Source: Leptolyngbyaceae cyanobacterium
GTDB lineage: Bacteria; Cyanobacteriota; Cyanobacteriia; Phormidesmidales; Phormidesmidaceae
Reading direction: 5' to 3'
DNA length: 64,000 bases
Assembly: GCA_050331235.1 (NCBI GenBank)
Contig: JBHJHA010000008.1
Location: forward strand, 1-64,000
A program made the translations under genes and the position numbers. Positions 11,262 through 21,558 of the stretch are shown piece by piece. The stretch's first letter is position 1, and the number at the start of each line of letters is the position of its first letter. The notes under the pieces are model-generated. The model was not told the origin of the DNA. It searched no databases and worked only from the letters and a program-made list of their open reading frames with translations.

Positions 11262-12608
11262 TTAGAAGTCCTCATTTTCAGGGGTTGGTTCCGAGGTTTT
11301 GACGGCTTCACCCGTTTCAACCTCCGAGTTTTCAGCCAGCTGCTCCCAGGGAATAGTGGGGTCTTCAGAGACACGAATGGCTACCTGCGCCGCTCCAACG
11401 CGATTTAAGTGACTGGGGTCGGCAAAGAGCTGATTTTGGTTGGGCCATTCCCGTAATAAATCGACCACGGTAAATCCGCCATCACTGGCCTCCCGGACCA
11501 AAAACTGCTGAAACTGCTGCTCATAGAAAAGGCGCGTGTCATCCAAATAGTCTTCGCTCAGGGGCAGATTGACAAACACGAGGGGAATATCGTTTGAGCG
11601 GGTAAACGCCGCGATCGCCCGCAGCGAAACTGCTTGCACCCCCTCCAAATTAAACCCGGAGTAGGTGGAATCATATAGTCCAGCGACGCGAGGAAAGTTG
11701 CGGTAATAGGTCTCAGGCCGAAACACCTCATCCACTGCCAAAAAGCCATAGCCATTGATATTGCTAACCGGCTGCAGGTTGACCTGATTGGGCTCATCAG
11801 CGGCCTCAAGAGTGCTCTGGGTGGCTGCCAGGGGCAAGGTCGCCCCAAAGGCTGGGCGATCGCCAGCCTCCAGAGCGGCGTAACCGGGAGATTCCAAAAT
11901 TTTGGCAAAGGTGCGATCATATCGCCCACTGTTGAAAGCGCGTGCGCCCCCGGCCCAAATGATCATCTTAGGCATCTGCTCCGGCGTGAGTAACCGCCGC
12001 AACACAAAGCTCATCACCTGCGCCGTCGCGCCATTCACCGCAAAGTTATAGACCTTGAGGGAGTCGTAGCCCTGCTGAGCCAACCGCTGTTGCAAAATCT
12101 GTGGATTTAGACCTTGTAGGGCCCGAGAGCTCCCCATCACCATAATGTCGGGAGTGTCGAACGTGGCCACATAGGATAAGTACAGCGCCAATTGTTCATC
12201 TAAAACAGCATTGCCCAGTGGGGGAAAAACGTTGAGACGCGCCGTTGTCTCACTTCTTTGAAGGGCGATCGCTTGATTTTCGACATACTCTCGGGTTTTA
12301 CGCTGGGCAAACAGCCACTGCGGACTGCTGCTAGGAATCGCCTGCAAAGCTTGAATTGCCTCTGACCAAGCGCTGGCCACCGCACTCCAGTCGTCGGCAG
12401 TCGTGGCCGATTGGGCGAGGTTGGCCGCTTGAGTCGCCGCCTTCACAGCTTGAGTCCAGGGCGACTTTTCCGGCGTTGGCTTGGGAGCGGTCTCTTTGAC
12501 CGCTGGCTCTACCACTGCGGGCGCCTGAGAGCAGGCCATTCCGATAAGAGCGCCCCATGTCAACACGCTTATGATCATCCACCCCCATTGCCGCTTACCC
12601 TGTGTCAT
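11262..12608 (-). CDS. DUF1574-like SGNH-type protein, putative lipoprotein
   Basis: Lipobox-like IGMAC; GSSRALQG, YNFAVNGATA and DPSHLN (SGNH blocks I, II, V). Confidence 0.7.
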   Translation of the reverse strand: MTQGKRQWGWMIISVLTWGALIGMACSQAPAVVEPAVKETAPKPTPEKSPWTQAVKAATQAANLAQSATTADDWSAVASAWSEAIQALQAIPSSSPQWLFAQRKTREYVENQAIALQRSETTARLNVFPPLGNAVLDEQLALYLSYVATFDTPDIMVMGSSRALQGLNPQILQQRLAQQGYDSLKVYNFAVNGATAQVMSFVLRRLLTPEQMPKMIIWAGGARAFNSGRYDRTFAKILESPGYAALEAGDRPAFGATLPLAATQSTLEAADEPNQVNLQPVSNINGYGFLAVDEVFRPETYYRNFPRVAGLYDSTYSGFNLEGVQAVSLRAIAAFTRSNDIPLVFVNLPLSEDYLDDTRLFYEQQFQQFLVREASDGGFTVVDLLREWPNQNQLFADPSHLNRVGAAQVAIRVSEDPTIPWEQLAENSEVETGEAVKTSEPTPENEDF

Positions 12609-12973
12609 GGTTAACCAAGTGCGAGAAAGCTACTTATCCAGTATCGGACAAGTCCTTGGGGATTGACAGCCACAGCTAGTATTTAAAGCAGGCGATCGAT
12701 GTTGAGAGCCCATGAATCTCGATGAGGTCTGGTTCTGATAGCCTTGCAAACGTAGTGACAAACACGACCCAAAAAGCATCCATAAGCTGAGCTGTTTGTC
12801 ACTTACTGATTTATATAATCTGATATATGGGCATCTCCATCTTGCGATGCGTGCTACCGCCCAGCATTTTCGAGATATTGTCTTTGGTGCGGATTCTTGA
12901 AATATTGACGAGTCGTTGACGTCAGCCGTTTGCAGGAATCTAGCAGCGCGGCAAATTTATGAGTTAAATTTTT

Positions 12974-14266
12974 TTGATGAATAGAGTCCTCGCAATTGTG
13001 CTTGGTGGGGGTGCAGGAACCCGACTTTATCCGCTCACTAAGATGAGAGCCAAACCCGCAGTGCCCCTGGCCGGCAAGCACCGCTTAATTGATATTCCTA
13101 TCAGTAATTGCATTAACTCTAATATTCTCAAAATCTACGTGTTGACCCAGTTCAACTCGGCCTCGCTGAACCAGCACATCTCCCGGTCCTATAGCTTTGC
13201 TGGTTTTCAGCAGGGCTTTGTAGAGGTTTTGGCAGCTCAGCAGACCCCCGAGAATAAAAACTGGTTTCAAGGAACGGCTGATGCCGTTCGCCAGTACATG
13301 TGGATGTTCAAAGACTTGGATATTGATGAATACCTGATCTTGTCCGGCGATCATCTCTACCGCATGGATTACAGTGATTTTGTCCATCACCATCGGGAAA
13401 CCGGGGCAGACGTCACCCTTTCCGTGTTGCCGATTGATGAAGAGCGAGCTCCTAGCTTTGGCTTGATGAAAATTGACGATAATGGCCGCATCGTCGACTT
13501 CAGCGAAAAGCCCACAGGGGATGCTCTCAAGCAGATGCAGGTAGACACAACTACGCTAGGCTTAACTGCTGAGCAAGCAACCCAGAGCCCTTACATTGCC
13601 TCTATGGGGATCTATGTTTTTAAGCGGCAAGCTTTGATTAATCTGTTAGATAATCGCCCTGATCATACTGATTTTGGTAAAGAGATTTTGCCTGAAGCCA
13701 TTAAGAATATGGCTGTTCAGGCTTATCTTTTCAACGATTATTGGGAGGATATTGGGACGATTAAAGCCTTTTTTGAGGCCAACTTGGCCTTGGTCAAGCA
13801 GCCTAACCCGACCTTCAGCTTCTACAACAAGGCGGCCCCGATTTACACCCGTGCGCGCTATCTGCCCCCCACTAAGCAGCTCAAGTGTCAAGTCACTGAA
13901 TCCATGATTAGCGAAGGTTGCATTCTCAAGGAATGTGAAATTATCAATTCTGTTATTGGCATTAGAGCGCGTGTAGAGTCTGGCTGCAAGATCAAAAACA
14001 GCTTGCTGATGGGGGCTGATTATTATCAGTCCGACTTTGAAGATTCGGTTGATTGTGAGCTCGATTCAATTCCGGTCGGGATTAGTGCCAACTCAACGAT
14101 TGAAAATGCGATCGTAGACAAAAATGCTCGTATCGGTTGCAACGTGAAAATCATCAACAAAGACCATATACAAGAGGCAGAACGGGAAGCTGATGGCTTC
14201 TATATCCGTAACGGCATTGTGGTTATCCTCAAAGATGCCACCATCGCCGACAACACCGTCATTTAA
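12974..14266 (+). CDS. glgC: Glucose-1-phosphate adenylyltransferase (ADP-glucose pyrophosphorylase)
   Basis: [48 protein letters not shown]. Confidence 0.98.
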   Translation: MMNRVLAIVLGGGAGTRLYPLTKMRAKPAVPLAGKHRLIDIPISNCINSNILKIYVLTQFNSASLNQHISRSYSFAGFQQGFVEVLAAQQTPENKNWFQGTADAVRQYMWMFKDLDIDEYLILSGDHLYRMDYSDFVHHHRETGADVTLSVLPIDEERAPSFGLMKIDDNGRIVDFSEKPTGDALKQMQVDTTTLGLTAEQATQSPYIASMGIYVFKRQALINLLDNRPDHTDFGKEILPEAIKNMAVQAYLFNDYWEDIGTIKAFFEANLALVKQPNPTFSFYNKAAPIYTRARYLPPTKQLKCQVTESMISEGCILKECEIINSVIGIRARVESGCKIKNSLLMGADYYQSDFEDSVDCELDSIPVGISANSTIENAIVDKNARIGCNVKIINKDHIQEAEREADGFYIRNGIVVILKDATIADNTVI

Positions 14267-14480
14267 TGGGTGAACTGCTGTAGCAGGACCCTGCATATCA
14301 GCGTTTTGCAGCACCGAACCGTCAGTTATGGCATGGGGTGATCTGATTGCCGACCTGATACGGCGTTTGGTTGGGTCTGTTGGGATTAGCTTGCCAACGG
14401 CGGCGCATCTAGGCTCCTATTGCTAGATTTCGGATTGCAGCGGAATGTCGGCAACCCCCGGCAATCTGTTCAGACAAATT

Positions 14481-14524
14481 TCAGCCTAGGGAAAGATGCT
14501 AATATCCTTAACTTTTTTTAAGCT
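14481..14524 (+). promoter_or_regulatory. Putative activator box + N22 + -10 (rhodanese operon)
   Basis: TCAGCCTAGGGAAAGA (14481-14496), 22 bp, TAAGCT (14519-14524); same layout at five other promoters in this cluster. Confidence 0.6.
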
Positions 14525-14562
14525 TTGGCAGTGAGATGAGTTGATATTTCAAGTAGAGGATA

Positions 14563-14967
14563 ATGATGTCTGAGATTCCTAACGCTGTAGCTGCAGCCCA
14601 AGAACTGGCGAACGAAGTTTCTCCTGCACCGGCGACGTTTGAGCGCAAAACCACTGCCGAAGATTTGAAGGCTAGGCTCGATTGGGGTGAGCCGGCACTA
14701 ACGATCATCGATGTGCGCGATCGCGAGAGCTTCAACAATCAGCGCATCCAGGGGGCTATTCACTACGCTGAAGCAAACTTAGTTGAGCAGGTTAAGCAAA
14801 CTTTGGAAACTGAGCGTGACATTTACATTTATGCCGATAGCGAATCGGCAGCCTCCAGTGCGGCTACCAAGCTTGATGAAGCCGGCTTTGAAAAGGTTGC
14901 TATTTTGCAGGGCGGGCTGCAGGCATGGTCAGCAGTGTCCGGTCCGATTGAGGGACGCAACGCCTAG
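14563..14967 (+). CDS. Rhodanese-like domain protein, no cysteine
   Basis: LTIIDVR, RIQGA, IYIY, GFEKVAILQGGLQAW; GAGGA RBS. Confidence 0.88.
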   Translation: MMSEIPNAVAAAQELANEVSPAPATFERKTTAEDLKARLDWGEPALTIIDVRDRESFNNQRIQGAIHYAEANLVEQVKQTLETERDIYIYADSESAASSAATKLDEAGFEKVAILQGGLQAWSAVSGPIEGRNA

Positions 14968-15014
14968 CGCGTCAATTAAATTCGTTTCCCTGGCAATCAC
15001 CATCACAAAAAACT

Positions 15015-16643
15015 ATGAGTCATTGGAAAGTTCCCGTTTGCCCTGTTGACAAATTGTCAGCTGGACAGATGCAGCAGTTCACGGTGGAAGGCCGCGACAT
15101 ATTACTGGCGCGCAAGGCAGATGGCTATTTTGCCGTGGGTGCTCATTGCTCACACAAAGGCGCTGCCCTAGAACAGGGCGTGCTGTGTGAGCACCGCGTC
15201 GTTTGTCCTTGGCATAACGCCTGTTACAGCCTGAAGTCTGGCGAACTGTTAGAACCGCCAGGGAGCGATCACTTAACGTCTTATCCTGTGCAGATTGAGC
15301 AGGACACTGTTTACGTTGAGCTGCCGGTCTCCGAGGTGCATCCGCAGAACAGTACCTATGTAGAAGCTGCCATAGCGGGCGAAGGTCTCCAAACGCCCGA
15401 CTATGTGAGACCCCAGGAGCAGCAAGACGATCGCACCTTTGCGATCGTGGGGGGGGGCGCTGCTGGTGAGGCGGCGGCCGATATGTTGCGACAGTCCGGA
15501 TTTTGCGGCCGGATTGTCATTTTTACGACTGAGGAAGCGCTGCCCTACGATCGCACGACCCTGAGTAAAAGCTTTTTACAACAGGACTCAATTTCTGAAC
15601 CGTCACCGCTCAGGCAAGCAGAGTTCTTTGCGGCCTATGATGTGGAAATGATTCCGGCACGGGTGACTAAGCTCGATGTCGAAGCGCGACAATTGACCTA
15701 CGGCGAGGGCAAGACGCTGACCTACGATGCCGTTTTACTCGCCACGGGTGGCAAGGTCCAGCAACTCCCCATTCCGGGGACGGAGTTGACGAATGTCTTC
15801 ACGCTGCGTCAGGTTGACGATGCCACGGAGATCTTCAATGCGGCCCAGCAGGCTCAGCGTGCTGTGGTTGTCGGTGGTGGCTTTATTGGCATGGAAGTTG
15901 CCGCCAGCTTAAACCAAAAGGATCTCCAAGTAACCGTTGTGGGCTCTAGTCAAGAACCCTTTGAGAAGATTTTGGGGAGTAAGGTTGGGGCCTTTTTCCG
16001 GCGTGTGCATGAGGATCACGGTGTGCAATTTAAGCTGGGTACTAAGGCCGATAAAATTGTCGGTGAATCTGCCGTGGAGGGCGTTGTTCTCACCACAGGC
16101 GAGACCCTGCCAGCTGATTTAGTCATTGTCGGTATTGGGGTTGAGCCGGCAACTGACTGGCTCGACTCGGACTGGCTCAACGAGGGCGATCGCAGTGTAC
16201 GAGTCGATCAGTACTTGAAAGCTGCGCCCAACATTTATGCCGCCGGGGATATTGTTCAGTATCCTGACCCCTATAGCGGTCAGCGAGTCCGCATTGAGCA
16301 CTGGCGGTTGGCTCGGCAGCAGGGCCGTACCGCTGCCCGCAACATGCTAGGGCAGTCAGTCCCTTTCACGGGAGTCCCCTTCTTTTGGACTGGGCAATAC
16401 GATCTCAAACTGCGATATGTCGGCCATGCGGAAGCGTGGGATGACGTTATCATTCATGGCAGCCTCGATGAGCCGGCATTCTTGGCATTTTATGTGCAGG
16501 CCGGACGCATTCAAGCGGTGGCGGGAGTAGGACGCGATCGCGATATTGCTGCCATCTCGCAACTGATACGGCTACAACAACTGCCACCCGCTTCTGCACT
16601 GCAAGACGAGGCCATAGACTGGGTGGCCAAGGTCCCTCAATAA
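15015..16643 (+). CDS. Rieske [2Fe-2S] domain fused to FAD/NAD(P)-dependent oxidoreductase (AIF-like/ferredoxin reductase family)
   Basis: CSH...CPWH Rieske ligands; GGGAAG, LLATGG, GGGFIGME, YAAGD, RIEHW, VPFFW. Confidence 0.92.
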   Translation: MSHWKVPVCPVDKLSAGQMQQFTVEGRDILLARKADGYFAVGAHCSHKGAALEQGVLCEHRVVCPWHNACYSLKSGELLEPPGSDHLTSYPVQIEQDTVYVELPVSEVHPQNSTYVEAAIAGEGLQTPDYVRPQEQQDDRTFAIVGGGAAGEAAADMLRQSGFCGRIVIFTTEEALPYDRTTLSKSFLQQDSISEPSPLRQAEFFAAYDVEMIPARVTKLDVEARQLTYGEGKTLTYDAVLLATGGKVQQLPIPGTELTNVFTLRQVDDATEIFNAAQQAQRAVVVGGGFIGMEVAASLNQKDLQVTVVGSSQEPFEKILGSKVGAFFRRVHEDHGVQFKLGTKADKIVGESAVEGVVLTTGETLPADLVIVGIGVEPATDWLDSDWLNEGDRSVRVDQYLKAAPNIYAAGDIVQYPDPYSGQRVRIEHWRLARQQGRTAARNMLGQSVPFTGVPFFWTGQYDLKLRYVGHAEAWDDVIIHGSLDEPAFLAFYVQAGRIQAVAGVGRDRDIAAISQLIRLQQLPPASALQDEAIDWVAKVPQ

Positions 16644-16655
16644 CGTTTTCATCCT

Positions 16656-18167
16656 ATGCATTACGACCTTATTATCATTGGCGCGGGTGCTGGCGGTGGC
16701 ACTTTGGCCTACGCCCTAGCGCCGACAGGTAAACAAATTTTGCTGATCGAGCGGGGGGACTACCTACCCCAGGAAAAAGCTAACTGGAATGCGGACGAAA
16801 TCTTGCTGAATGGGCGTTATCAGGCCCCTGAGCAGTGGCTAGATGACCAGTCACGCCCCTTTGACCCCCAAGCTTACTACCTCGTTGGCGGCAACACGAA
16901 ATTTTACGGCGCAGCACTACAGCGGATGCGTGCTCAAGATTTTGCCGAACTACACCATGCCGACGGCCTTTCTCCGGCTTGGCCAGTCTCCTACGATGAT
17001 TTTGAAAACTATTACACCCAGGCCGAAAGCCTATTCCGGATTCATGGGCAGCAGGGCGAAGATCCGACTGAGCCCGCCATGTCCTCCGATTATCCCTTTC
17101 CGCCATTACCCCACGAACCGCGCATTCAGGCGATCGCCGATCAGCTTGTTGATCAGGGGCTCAAACCTGTGCATCTGACCCTAGCCGTTGATCGCAACGT
17201 GCAAAACCCCCAGCAGGGTAGCTGTATTCGCTGCGATACCTGCGATCCGTTTCCTTGTTTGTTGAATGCCAAACTCGACGCTCAAACGGCCTGTGTTGAT
17301 CCTGCACTGACCTACGATAATGTGTCGCTGCTGACCAATACTGAGGTCACGCGTTTGGTGACCAGTGCCGATGGTCAACACATCGATCAGGTGGAAATCA
17401 AAACTGATCAGGGGCTGAGCACTCTGTCGGCTAACGTTGTGGTCGTCGCCTGTGGCGCGATTAACTCCGCCGCGCTGCTACTAAAGTCCGCCAATGAACA
17501 GCATCCATCAGGGTTGGCTAACCGCTCTGATCAGGTTGGGCGTAACCTGATGAAGCATAATCATTCTGCACTCATTGCGATCGCCCCCAAAGTCAACAAC
17601 ACTATCTTTCAAAAGACTTTGGGCATTCACGACTATTACTTTAGTGGACCGTTTCAAGACTATCCCCTGGGGCAAATTCAACTGACCGGAAAAGCAAAGT
17701 GGCAACGGTTGAAACAAATGGCGACCACTGATCTATCGCAAGACTGGCTAGAATATCTGGCCCAGCACTCAGTCGATTGGTGGATTACGACCGAAGATTT
17801 ACCCCGTGCGGAAAACCGCGTGCTGGTCACCTCTGAAGGTCGGATTAAAGTCAACTTCACCCCTAACAATCTCAAGCCTCACAAAGAGCTCATCAGCCTG
17901 TTGGAGCAGCATCTCAAAGATCTCGGCTTCTATCTGTTTTGGCACAAGCGAATGGATTTATCCGTATTTTGGCACCAAGTCGGCACTTGCCGATTTGGGA
18001 ATGATCCCGACACCGCGGTGTTAGATGTAAACTGCCGCACCCACGATGTCGAAAACCTTTATGTTGTCGATGCCAGCTTTCTGCCTTCTATGGGAGCGAT
18101 GAATCCAACCCTAACCATCGTGGCAAACGCTCTGCGAGTGGCTGGTCACCTGAAATCCATTTTGTAA
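16656..18167 (+). CDS. GMC family oxidoreductase
   Basis: IIGAGAGGG, VGGNTKFYGA, CIRCDTCDPFPC, VGRNLMKH, HQVGTCRFG, NPTLTIVANALRV. Confidence 0.92.
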   Translation: MHYDLIIIGAGAGGGTLAYALAPTGKQILLIERGDYLPQEKANWNADEILLNGRYQAPEQWLDDQSRPFDPQAYYLVGGNTKFYGAALQRMRAQDFAELHHADGLSPAWPVSYDDFENYYTQAESLFRIHGQQGEDPTEPAMSSDYPFPPLPHEPRIQAIADQLVDQGLKPVHLTLAVDRNVQNPQQGSCIRCDTCDPFPCLLNAKLDAQTACVDPALTYDNVSLLTNTEVTRLVTSADGQHIDQVEIKTDQGLSTLSANVVVVACGAINSAALLLKSANEQHPSGLANRSDQVGRNLMKHNHSALIAIAPKVNNTIFQKTLGIHDYYFSGPFQDYPLGQIQLTGKAKWQRLKQMATTDLSQDWLEYLAQHSVDWWITTEDLPRAENRVLVTSEGRIKVNFTPNNLKPHKELISLLEQHLKDLGFYLFWHKRMDLSVFWHQVGTCRFGNDPDTAVLDVNCRTHDVENLYVVDASFLPSMGAMNPTLTIVANALRVAGHLKSIL

Positions 18168-18265
18168 CCTAAATGCTTGGAAGCTTTGTCACACGCGGAT
18201 TTGGTTGGTCACCTGTAGAGTATTCAAATGCCTGCTTGGGAATGAACGAAGACTAAATTAATGCC

Positions 18266-19681
18266 ATGACGCCATCTTCACCCCGCTTCGAAAATACTAC
18301 CCAGGCTGCGAAAACCTGGCATTGGGGGCTGCGTTGGTCTCGCTTGGTAACGCTGATTGTTTTGGTCAATCTCCTGTTTTCGCTGTTCAATCTCAGCTAT
18401 GTCTCCCTGCGACCGATCTATTTTCACTATTTACCGGCGATCGCCCACACCTATGACCCGGTAAAGGGCATCGAACCGCATCCCGTTACCCAAGACTATC
18501 TGCGCTCTATTCGTGAGTTGAGAACCCAAATTTCCCAATGGGGACTACAGGATCAAGCCACCGCTACTGTGCTGCAGCAACTGCGTGATAAAAGCACTGC
18601 GCTCATTGAAGAAAATCCGTTTGAAGGGAAACATCAAGCCGCTACGTTTTCCCAATTGAAACGTCGAATTCGCCAAGAAACTAACACTTACTCTGCTCAG
18701 GCGGGCTTTCAAAACTTCTGGCAGTCTTCGTTTATTCGCCTAAGTGGCTGGTCAGCGGTTGATCAGTTTTTGAGAAAATATATCGAACCGTTACTTGCGC
18801 AAAACTATTACCGGGAATTTTTACCAACAGGACAACCTATTGATGAATTTTGGCGGTTAGATTTGTACTTTATTGCCTTTTTTGCCGCCGAATTTCTGAT
18901 CAGAACCTTGATTTTGAGTCGGTATACACCCGATGTCAATTGGCTAGATACTCTGGCTCGCCGCTGGTATGAGATTCCACTCTTAGTTCCCTTTTGGCGT
19001 TGGCTAAGAATTATTCCAGCGACCGTTCGTACCCATCGTAGTCAACTCGTTAATGTAGAGAAACTACTGGGACAAATTACCCATGAGCCTGCCGCATACT
19101 TATCCGAGCGCGTTTCAAAATACTTGATTGTGCGGCTGATCAATGAGGCCCAGGCTTTTGTCCGTGATGGCTCAATTTCAAAGGTTTGGCAGGAGCAATC
19201 AGCCTATACCACCATTGGGAAAGCGCAAAAGGTCGATCTGATTACTGATCGCCTAGTCCATCTGATTGTGATGCGGGTGATGCCTAGCGTCAAGCCAGAC
19301 ATTGAGGATTTGCTCCGTCACAGCCTCCAGCGGGCTTTGGCCGAGAGTGAAGTTTACGATGGCGTGAGACAGATCCCAGGGTTTGAGACACTGCCTGATG
19401 AAGCGCTCAAAGGCATTGCCGGATATTTGGCCGAAGCAACTTGTGAAGTCCTTTCAAGTTCCTATACCGATGCAGAGGGCCGTGTCTTGTTGGACCAACT
19501 CAGCAGTGATTTTCGCCAGTCTCTCAGTCAGGAACTGCAAAATAAGGCGGATTCGAGTGAGCTGAAAAAGCTGTTTTCAGACGTATTAGAAGAGTTTAAG
19601 GTCAACTACGTACAGCGATCTCGTCAGCAACCGCCAGAGTCAACCCTGCAAGAAGTCAATACGCTTCATCACGGTACTTAG
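18266..19681 (+). CDS. Conserved cyanobacterial membrane protein of unknown function
   Basis: 471-aa ORF; N-terminal TM, YDPVKGIEPHP motif, central TM block DLYFIAFFAAEFLIR / WYEIPLLVPFWRWLRII, helical C-terminus. Confidence 0.75.
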   Translation: MTPSSPRFENTTQAAKTWHWGLRWSRLVTLIVLVNLLFSLFNLSYVSLRPIYFHYLPAIAHTYDPVKGIEPHPVTQDYLRSIRELRTQISQWGLQDQATATVLQQLRDKSTALIEENPFEGKHQAATFSQLKRRIRQETNTYSAQAGFQNFWQSSFIRLSGWSAVDQFLRKYIEPLLAQNYYREFLPTGQPIDEFWRLDLYFIAFFAAEFLIRTLILSRYTPDVNWLDTLARRWYEIPLLVPFWRWLRIIPATVRTHRSQLVNVEKLLGQITHEPAAYLSERVSKYLIVRLINEAQAFVRDGSISKVWQEQSAYTTIGKAQKVDLITDRLVHLIVMRVMPSVKPDIEDLLRHSLQRALAESEVYDGVRQIPGFETLPDEALKGIAGYLAEATCEVLSSSYTDAEGRVLLDQLSSDFRQSLSQELQNKADSSELKKLFSDVLEEFKVNYVQRSRQQPPESTLQEVNTLHHGT

Positions 19682-20135
19682 ACCAAAATTTTGACCTAGA
19701 ACACCTACTCTATCGAAAGTATCTAAGGAAATAAGTTTTGGCGCAGCTATTTCAGCAATTTGAGACGTCTGTAATGTGGCTGGATACAGTTAATATCACA
19801 GCTCCAACAGTAGGTTCGAACTTAAGAAAATCTATCTAGTTAAAATCATAAATACCGAATCTGAGGGATCCGTCTAGAGAATTATTTCCGATTCAATAGA
19901 CTTATCAGTTCTACAAAATAGGGTGACTGATTGGAGCTTCCCGAGATCGCTGTCCACCAAAGGGGATTTCTGAATTTTCCCTATTTGGCCAGTGGTCCTT
20001 AGAGGGATCTAGATGCCGAAAAATTATTGTCTGGGCCAGAGATTAGTGTTTAGAGATTCTCTAAGCCGCCGTTTACTTTCTGTAGGCTGATGTCAGCAAA
20101 ATGATTGATTGAAGAGATGATTTTGGAGTTGAAAA

Positions 20136-20981
20136 ATGCGATTTAGTGCTTTATTGATAAGTGGTTTCTTGTTGGGTGGGCTGACTATGACGTTGCCCGT
20201 CCAAGCCCGAACTCAAATTCAAGGTGAGACGCTCAACTATAGCGACTCTATGAGTCTGGGCTATAGCGCCCACCAAGCCGGCCGATACTATGAAGCCACT
20301 CAATATTTCCGTTACGCGCTGTATCTTGTGCCAAATGATGAAGCGGCGACGGCGGCCTACTGGAATGCTTATGACCTAATCGAACCAGATACGGAGACTA
20401 TCAATGTTGATCAGTTGATGAACCAGGGCTACGATGCAACGGAGGCTGGCAATTATCAAAGTGCTCTGGAGTCCTTTGAACAAGCATTGGCGCTGCGCCC
20501 TGGTAGCCCATATGCCTCGCAAGCTATCCTCAACGTTCAAACCTATCTCAACTACGGCGATGGATTGGCCAGCGATCCTGCGTTGACGCTGGATTTTTCT
20601 GAGAGCGGCCCCGCCATGGATGCTTATGTGAGGGAATCAGCCTACGATCGCTACATGCGCCTTGGCTATGCGGCCTTGCAACGTGAGGAGTATCAAACGT
20701 CAGCTAGCTATTTTCGCAGTGCACTGTATGAGCGTCCGGAAGATCGCTTGGCAACCTTGGCCTACTGGAACGCGATCAATGGAAGTCAGGATGGTGAGGC
20801 GGGTTTAGGGAGCGAAACCAGCGAATCCCCCTATGATCGGTACATGCGTCTAGGCTACGATGCGACCCAACGTGGTGACTATCAAGCTGCGGTTGATTTC
20901 TTTGAAGAGGCGTTAACGCTGCGCCCAGGTGATTACTACGCGATCGAAGCGATCGACAATGTCACTACTTACATGAACTAG
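20136..20981 (+). CDS. Exported TPR-like repeat protein
   Basis: Signal peptide ending VQA; four helical repeats including two exact YDRYMRLGY; GGAG RBS. Confidence 0.82.
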   Translation: MRFSALLISGFLLGGLTMTLPVQARTQIQGETLNYSDSMSLGYSAHQAGRYYEATQYFRYALYLVPNDEAATAAYWNAYDLIEPDTETINVDQLMNQGYDATEAGNYQSALESFEQALALRPGSPYASQAILNVQTYLNYGDGLASDPALTLDFSESGPAMDAYVRESAYDRYMRLGYAALQREEYQTSASYFRSALYERPEDRLATLAYWNAINGSQDGEAGLGSETSESPYDRYMRLGYDATQRGDYQAAVDFFEEALTLRPGDYYAIEAIDNVTTYMN

Positions 20982-21500
20982 TAATACCATTCAATTGCGA
21001 TCTAAATTTCAGTTTAATCGCTACGGTTTAGATGTCATCTCCATCTGGGTCGTGGCGATTTTTGTGCAGTGTCTTTCAGACAGATTCAAACGATCCAAGC
21101 CGGATGGTTCGTTAACTATCCATTACCAGTATTTCCGACATAACAGCGCTCAAACGGAACAGGAGGTAAGGGTACAGCAAGACCCGCACAGGTGATCCGG
21201 CGGTTGCCAGGGGCCAACCCTGACTACTCAGCAAATAGGCCGAAGATTGCAGTTCCACCGCCGTTGCTGCTCCTCTAGCCAAGGGGTGCTTCCACATTTG
21301 TTCAATCGCCGGCAGCACTCATAGGAATTTACCGCCGGACAGATATGTCGTTCAGTTACTGCAAATTGGTGTGAACCTGAGCGAGCTCTCTTCGATGCTG
21401 TTTTTTAAGGCATGCGTCGGTAAGTGAAATGTGTTGTGAGTTTTAATCAACCTGCCAATGGCTGGCTTGAAAAATAGAGTGGTATCTAGATCCTTAAATC

Positions 21501-21529
21501 AAAAAAAGCTCCTTCAAAATGGAAGGAGC
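21501..21529 (-). terminator. Intrinsic terminator of the baeRF gene
   Basis: GCTCCTTC-N6-GAAGGAGC stem followed by U7 on the minus strand. Confidence 0.8.
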
Positions 21530-21558
21530 CAAAAGGGGTTGAAGGGAAGGCGCGATCG

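Noticed and set aside
12775..12819. Stress-box-like sequence upstream of glgC
   Set aside because: Lacks G11 and spacing to TATAAT is 23, not 22; not counted in the regulon
18230..20090. Box-like 16-mers before the 18266 gene (18230-18245) and the TPR gene (19992-20007, 20075-20090)
   Set aside because: No TAN3T at 22 bp, so they do not fit the promoter architecture; could be secondary sites but unsupported
20995..21318. Short ORFs between the TPR and baeRF genes
   Set aside because: No motif, non-ATG starts, no RBS; cannot support a gene or pseudogene
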